A stretch of DNA of 64,000 nt from Bacteroidota bacterium (GTDB lineage Bacteria; Bacteroidota; Bacteroidia; Palsa-965), in contig JAJTEY010000001.1 of NCBI GenBank assembly GCA_021299855.1, positions 29,521 through 93,520 of the forward strand, written 5' to 3'. The notes under the pieces are model-generated. The model was not told the origin of the DNA and did no database searches. It was given only the letters and a program-made list of their open reading frames with translations. The first letter of the stretch is position 1. The number at the start of each line of letters is the position of its first letter. Positions 59,787 to 64,000 of the stretch are shown in pieces. The position numbers and the translations under genes were made by a program.

Positions 59787-59935
59787 AGTAAGCGATGAAA
59801 ATATTACGAACCGGCAAATCTGTTGAAAAAGCAAGGTAATTTGTTTACAACATACTGCACTGAAAGCTACATTCCACGGGGCTTCTAAGTATCTTTAAGA
59901 TCGCATTAGTAGTTTTCATTTAGTTGTGCAGCAGT

Positions 59936-62900
59936 ATGCAATTCAACCATTTACACGTTCATACCCAATTCTCTTTACTCGACGGGGCAGCACCTATTGA
60001 TGATTTATACAAAAAAGCCGTCGCAGATAAAATGCGCGGAATCGCGATTACGGATCACGGTAACATGTTCGGTGCATTCAAATTTGTTGCCGAAGCAGGT
60101 AAATACAACACGCCGGATAATCCGAATACGATTAAACCAATTGTGGGTTGTGAATTTTATTTGGTTGAAAACCGCGAGAAAAGACAATTTACGCGTGATG
60201 AACGCGACGTGCGTTTCCACCAATTGTTCTTAGCTAAGAATGCGGAAGGTTATCGTAATCTGGTGAAACTTTGCTCGCTCGGCTACATTGAAGGTTTATA
60301 TGGGAAGTATCCGCGAATTGATAAAGAACTGATTCTTCGCTATCACAAAGGACTTATTGCTACAACGTGTTGTCTTGCTGCAGAAGTGCCGCGTGCTATT
60401 ATTCGCAAAGGCGAAGCAGAGGCGGAAAAGGTGTTCAAATGGTGGCTCGATTTATTCGGTGAAGATTATTACATCGAATTGCAACGCCATGATATTCCTG
60501 AACAGAATATCGTTAACGAAGTGTTGCTGAAATGGGCAAAAAAATACAATGTAAAAATTATCGCATCGAACGACTCGCATTATGTGGACGTGGAAGATGC
60601 TAACGCGCATGATATCTTATTGTGCATCAATACCGGTGAAAAACAAAGCACTCCTTCCGCTAAAGATTTTTCCGATGATGATTCGTCCATGAAAGGCAAA
60701 CGATTCGCGTTCTGGAACGATCAATTTTATTTTAAGACTACACAGGAAATGAGTCAGCTGTTTGCTGATGTTCCTGAAGCTATCGACAACACCAATGAAA
60801 TTGTAGATAAAGTAGAGCCGCTGAAACTGAAGCGCGACATACTTCTGCCCCACTACACTATTCCATCGGGGTTCATGGATCAGGATGACTACCTGCAACA
60901 TTTAACATTCGAAGGAGCATACAAACGGTACCAAGAACTCACTCCCGAAATAGAAGAACGCATCAACTTCGAGTTGTTCACCATTAAAACAATGGGGTTT
61001 GCGGGATACTTTCTCATCGTTCAGGATTTCATCAATCATGGCAAAGATATCGGCGTATTCGTGGGTCCGGGACGCGGTTCTGCAGCGGGAAGTGCTGTTG
61101 CCTATTGTATCGGCATCACGAATATTGATCCGATCAAGTACAATTTGCTTTTCGAGCGATTCCTGAACCCGGATCGTAAGTCAATGCCCGATATTGATAC
61201 GGACTTTGACGATGAAGGAAGACAAAAAGTAATTGACTACGTCGTTGAAAAATACGGTCAGCGTCAAGTTGCGCAAATTGTTACGTACGGAACCATGGCC
61301 GCGAAAATGTCTATTAAGGATGTTGCACGCGTACTTGATTTACCGTTAGATCAGTCGAATGCATTGGCAAAATTAGTTCCCGATAAACCGGGCATCGAAT
61401 TGAATCGTGTCATCACCGCTCCTATTGACGGAGAAAAATCCTTGAAGGAGAAAGAAGGTTTAGGCGGTGAAGATTTGGACAATGTCAAGAAGTTGCGGGA
61501 GATTGCTGCAGGAAATGATCTTCAGGCTAAAGTAATTAAAGAAGCCTTAGTTCTGGAAGGCTCTGTTCGCGGCACGGGACTTCATGCGGCCGGAATCATC
61601 ATTGCTCCATCCGACTTAACGGAAATTATTCCTGTCGCGACATCGAAGGACACCAACTTACTCATCACGCAATTCGAAGGAAAAGTTATCGAAGATGCGG
61701 GTGTTATTAAGATGGACTTTTTAGGTCTGAAAACATTAACGATTATTCGTGATGCATTACGAATGATTAAAATGAATCATGGAATTGACATTGATATTGA
61801 TGCGATTCCGTTAGATGATTTGAAGACTTTCGAATTGTATCAACGCGGAGAAACAAACGGTACATTCCAGTTTGAATCTGCAGGTATGCAAAAGTATCTG
61901 AAAGATTTGCGTCCTGATAAATTCGAAGATCTGATTGCGATGAACGCCTTGTATCGTCCTGGTCCTATTGAATATATTCCGAATTTCATTGCGCGTAAAC
62001 ATGGACGCGAACCGATCAAATTTGACCTTCCTGAAATGGAAGAATTGTTGGCGGACACGTATGGTATTACGGTGTATCAGGAGCAAGTGATGTTGTTATC
62101 ACAAAAGCTTGCCGGGTTCACAAAAGGTGATGCCGATGTCTTGCGTAAAGCGATGGGTAAAAAAGATCGTGCAACGCTGGACAAGATGAAAGGTAAGTTC
62201 ATGGAAGGCATTAAGACGAAAGGACTTGATGAAAAAATTTGCGAAAAAGTGTGGACGGATTGGGAAGCCTTTGCGCAATATGCATTCAACAAATCGCATT
62301 CAACGTGTTATGCCTTCGTCGCCTATCAAACCGCATACTTGAAAGCACATTATCCGGCGGAATACATGGCGTCGGTGTTAACGCACAACCTTGGTAATAT
62401 CGATAAGATTACTTTCTTCATGGAAGAATCGCGGCGCATGGGAATTCCGGTATTAGGTCCGGATGTGAATGAATCGTTAATACAGTTCAGCGTTAACCAA
62501 CGAGGAAAAATTCGCTTCGGAATGGGCGCTATCAAAGGCGTGGGTGAAGCAGCAGCAGAAGCGATTATTAAAGAACGCAGCGAAAACGGGCCATACAAAA
62601 CGGTGTTTGATTTAGTGCGTCGTGTCAATTTGCGCGCGGTAAATAAAAAGACGTTTGAAAATCTGATTTATGCAGGAGCCATGGATTCATTTTCCGGATT
62701 TCATCGTGCAACGTATTTCAAAGCGGAGCAAGATGGTCAGATGACGTTCCTCGAAAAAATTATTCGTTACGGGCAACAGCATCAGGAAGGACAAAACTCT
62801 TCGCAGGTTTCTTTATTTGACATGAGTGACGGCGATAGTGCACTCGAAATGCCCGAGCCTGCAATACCGGTTACAGAAGAATTTTTAACGCTCGAAAAAT

Positions 62901-63538
62901 TAAAAGCCGAGCGAGATGTGATTGGCATTTTCTTGTCCGGTCATCCTTTGGATGATTTCAGAACTGAGATGACTACTTTCTGTAAACACAAAGTCAACGA
63001 CATTAAAGATTTAAAACCGTTAAAAGGTCATGAAGTAACATTAGGCGGATTAATTACCGCAGTGAATCATCGCATGACGAAGACCGGCAAACCTTTTGGT
63101 ACGTTTGTTTTGGAAGATTACGACGGCACGCATGAATTTGCGTTGTTTGGCGATGATTATGTGAAATACAAGCAGTTCATTCTGACATCTGGGCTATTTA
63201 TTTACATCAAGGGAAAAGTTCATGAGCGCTTTCAGAATGCGGATAATCTCGAGGTGAAAATTGTAGCGATGGAGTTGCTGACAGAAATGTTAGAGAAAAA
63301 AGTAAAACAGATTATGTTAAATGTTTCATTGCCGCACGTTAACGATGACATGATAGATCGCTTGCATGGTGTGGTATTGAAATATCCGGGAAACACCGCT
63401 ATACGATTTGCCGTTCATGATAACGTAGAACAATTACGCATTGAAATGCCTTCCCGTAAAATGCGTGTCCGACCCGACAATGAGTTTTTGAAAGAGCTGG
63501 AAGTTGTGGTTCCGGAAGTGAGCTGGAAATTGAATTAA
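59936..63538 (+). CDS. dnaE: DNA polymerase III alpha subunit
   Basis: PHP domain (FNHLHVHTQFSLLDGA). Polymerase core (GPGRGSAAGSAVAYCIGIT, PDIDTDF). OB-fold C-terminus. About 1200 aa. Confidence 0.95.
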   Translation: MQFNHLHVHTQFSLLDGAAPIDDLYKKAVADKMRGIAITDHGNMFGAFKFVAEAGKYNTPDNPNTIKPIVGCEFYLVENREKRQFTRDERDVRFHQLFLAKNAEGYRNLVKLCSLGYIEGLYGKYPRIDKELILRYHKGLIATTCCLAAEVPRAIIRKGEAEAEKVFKWWLDLFGEDYYIELQRHDIPEQNIVNEVLLKWAKKYNVKIIASNDSHYVDVEDANAHDILLCINTGEKQSTPSAKDFSDDDSSMKGKRFAFWNDQFYFKTTQEMSQLFADVPEAIDNTNEIVDKVEPLKLKRDILLPHYTIPSGFMDQDDYLQHLTFEGAYKRYQELTPEIEERINFELFTIKTMGFAGYFLIVQDFINHGKDIGVFVGPGRGSAAGSAVAYCIGITNIDPIKYNLLFERFLNPDRKSMPDIDTDFDDEGRQKVIDYVVEKYGQRQVAQIVTYGTMAAKMSIKDVARVLDLPLDQSNALAKLVPDKPGIELNRVITAPIDGEKSLKEKEGLGGEDLDNVKKLREIAAGNDLQAKVIKEALVLEGSVRGTGLHAAGIIIAPSDLTEIIPVATSKDTNLLITQFEGKVIEDAGVIKMDFLGLKTLTIIRDALRMIKMNHGIDIDIDAIPLDDLKTFELYQRGETNGTFQFESAGMQKYLKDLRPDKFEDLIAMNALYRPGPIEYIPNFIARKHGREPIKFDLPEMEELLADTYGITVYQEQVMLLSQKLAGFTKGDADVLRKAMGKKDRATLDKMKGKFMEGIKTKGLDEKICEKVWTDWEAFAQYAFNKSHSTCYAFVAYQTAYLKAHYPAEYMASVLTHNLGNIDKITFFMEESRRMGIPVLGPDVNESLIQFSVNQRGKIRFGMGAIKGVGEAAAEAIIKERSENGPYKTVFDLVRRVNLRAVNKKTFENLIYAGAMDSFSGFHRATYFKAEQDGQMTFLEKIIRYGQQHQEGQNSSQVSLFDMSDGDSALEMPEPAIPVTEEFLTLEKLKAERDVIGIFLSGHPLDDFRTEMTTFCKHKVNDIKDLKPLKGHEVTLGGLITAVNHRMTKTGKPFGTFVLEDYDGTHEFALFGDDYVKYKQFILTSGLFIYIKGKVHERFQNADNLEVKIVAMELLTEMLEKKVKQIMLNVSLPHVNDDMIDRLHGVVLKYPGNTAIRFAVHDNVEQLRIEMPSRKMRVRPDNEFLKELEVVVPEVSWKLN

Positions 63539-63541
63539 AAA

Positions 63542-63566
63542 AGGCCTGCTTACGGCAGACCTTCTC
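63542..63566 (-). terminator. possible rho-independent terminator for the minus-strand MORN-repeat gene. It lies in the gap between convergent genes.
   Basis: ggcctgc..gcagacc imperfect stem. The minus-strand reading is followed by TTTTT. Confidence 0.35.
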
Positions 63567-63586
63567 TAAATATTTATGCGTACGAA

Positions 63587-64000
63587 TTAGAATTTCTCCG
63601 TACCTGTAACAACACCGTAAGGCGAATAATACGTCCAGGTGCCCACTTTCGCGCCGGTGTTACCGTATGAACCGGTATAATTTACTGCACCGTTTTCGTG
63701 AAAACCTTTCCAGGTACCAATTCGACGTTGTTGCGAATCCATTGTTCCTTCTTCAGAAACTTTTCCATTCGGGTAATAATACTTCGCAACACCAGTTATA
63801 TAGTTTACCTCAGTTGCAGCTGCGCCTGTATTGTAATACGTTTTCCACACTCCCGTTGGCTTTCCATTGTTATCATACGTTTCTTCAGCGGAAACTTGTC
63901 CATTATCGTACCAGTATTTCCAGGAACCCATTTTGTGAACTCCGGAAAGTTTCTGCGCTATGGTTTCTTTGCTATCACCAGCTTGAATCTTGGGATTCGC
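63587..64000 (-). CDS. MORN-repeat (YwqK-like) protein, C-terminal part. The reading frame continues upstream past the window end.
   Basis: Repeated G.W..YY..G.....G.Y..G...G.W units (GKPTGVWKTYYNTG, KYYYPNGKVSEEGTM, RIGTWKGFHENGAVNYTGSY). Confidence 0.55.
   Translation of the reverse strand, partial: ANPKIQAGDSKETIAQKLSGVHKMGSWKYWYDNGQVSAEETYDNNGKPTGVWKTYYNTGAAATEVNYITGVAKYYYPNGKVSEEGTMDSQQRRIGTWKGFHENGAVNYTGSYGNTGAKVGTWTYYSPYGVVTGTEKF

Overview
This 64-kb window looks like chromosomal DNA from a Bacteroidota (Bacteroidetes) bacterium. The evidence is Por/T9SS C-terminal sorting domains of both type A and type B (CHU_C-like), SprB-type repeats, a ParA-ParB-DUF5683 block next to dnaE, and a CarbopepD-type TonB receptor followed by a DUF4249 lipoprotein. 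There are tandem lepB genes, and DUF1015 and WbqC-like family members. Coding density is high: about 55 protein genes and one tRNA-Lys(TTT). A housekeeping backbone (ferredoxin, serC-serA-DUF1015-yggS, lptF/G plus two GT4 glycosyltransferases, aroK, recA, bcp, trmN6-rimM-rpsP, dapB, two lepB, acyl-CoA carboxyltransferase, addA-like helicase-nuclease, yajQ, gpx, parAB, dnaE) is interrupted by very large T9SS cargo genes. These are a 2445-aa beta-helix/FN3/Ig-repeat protein, two paralogous SprB-repeat adhesins with type-B CTDs (one of them split by a frameshift), an S8 protease and an SBBP beta-propeller protein. I saw no CRISPR array, no rRNA, and no obvious transposase or integrase. The most interesting local oddities are listed first. 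A peroxiredoxin Bcp carries a histone-H1-like Lys/Ala-rich N-terminal tail. A Tat-exported class-V PLP enzyme is translationally coupled to a signal-peptide RidA, beside a TonB receptor and DUF4249 pair. The 3-prime end of tRNA-Lys plus its terminator is duplicated 120 bp downstream, which may be an att-site scar. The frameshifted SprB-like adhesin has a paralog elsewhere in the window. The first signal peptidase I carries an extra N-terminal membrane module. No single multi-gene cluster stands out as a clearly novel system; the candidates are reported as separate findings.
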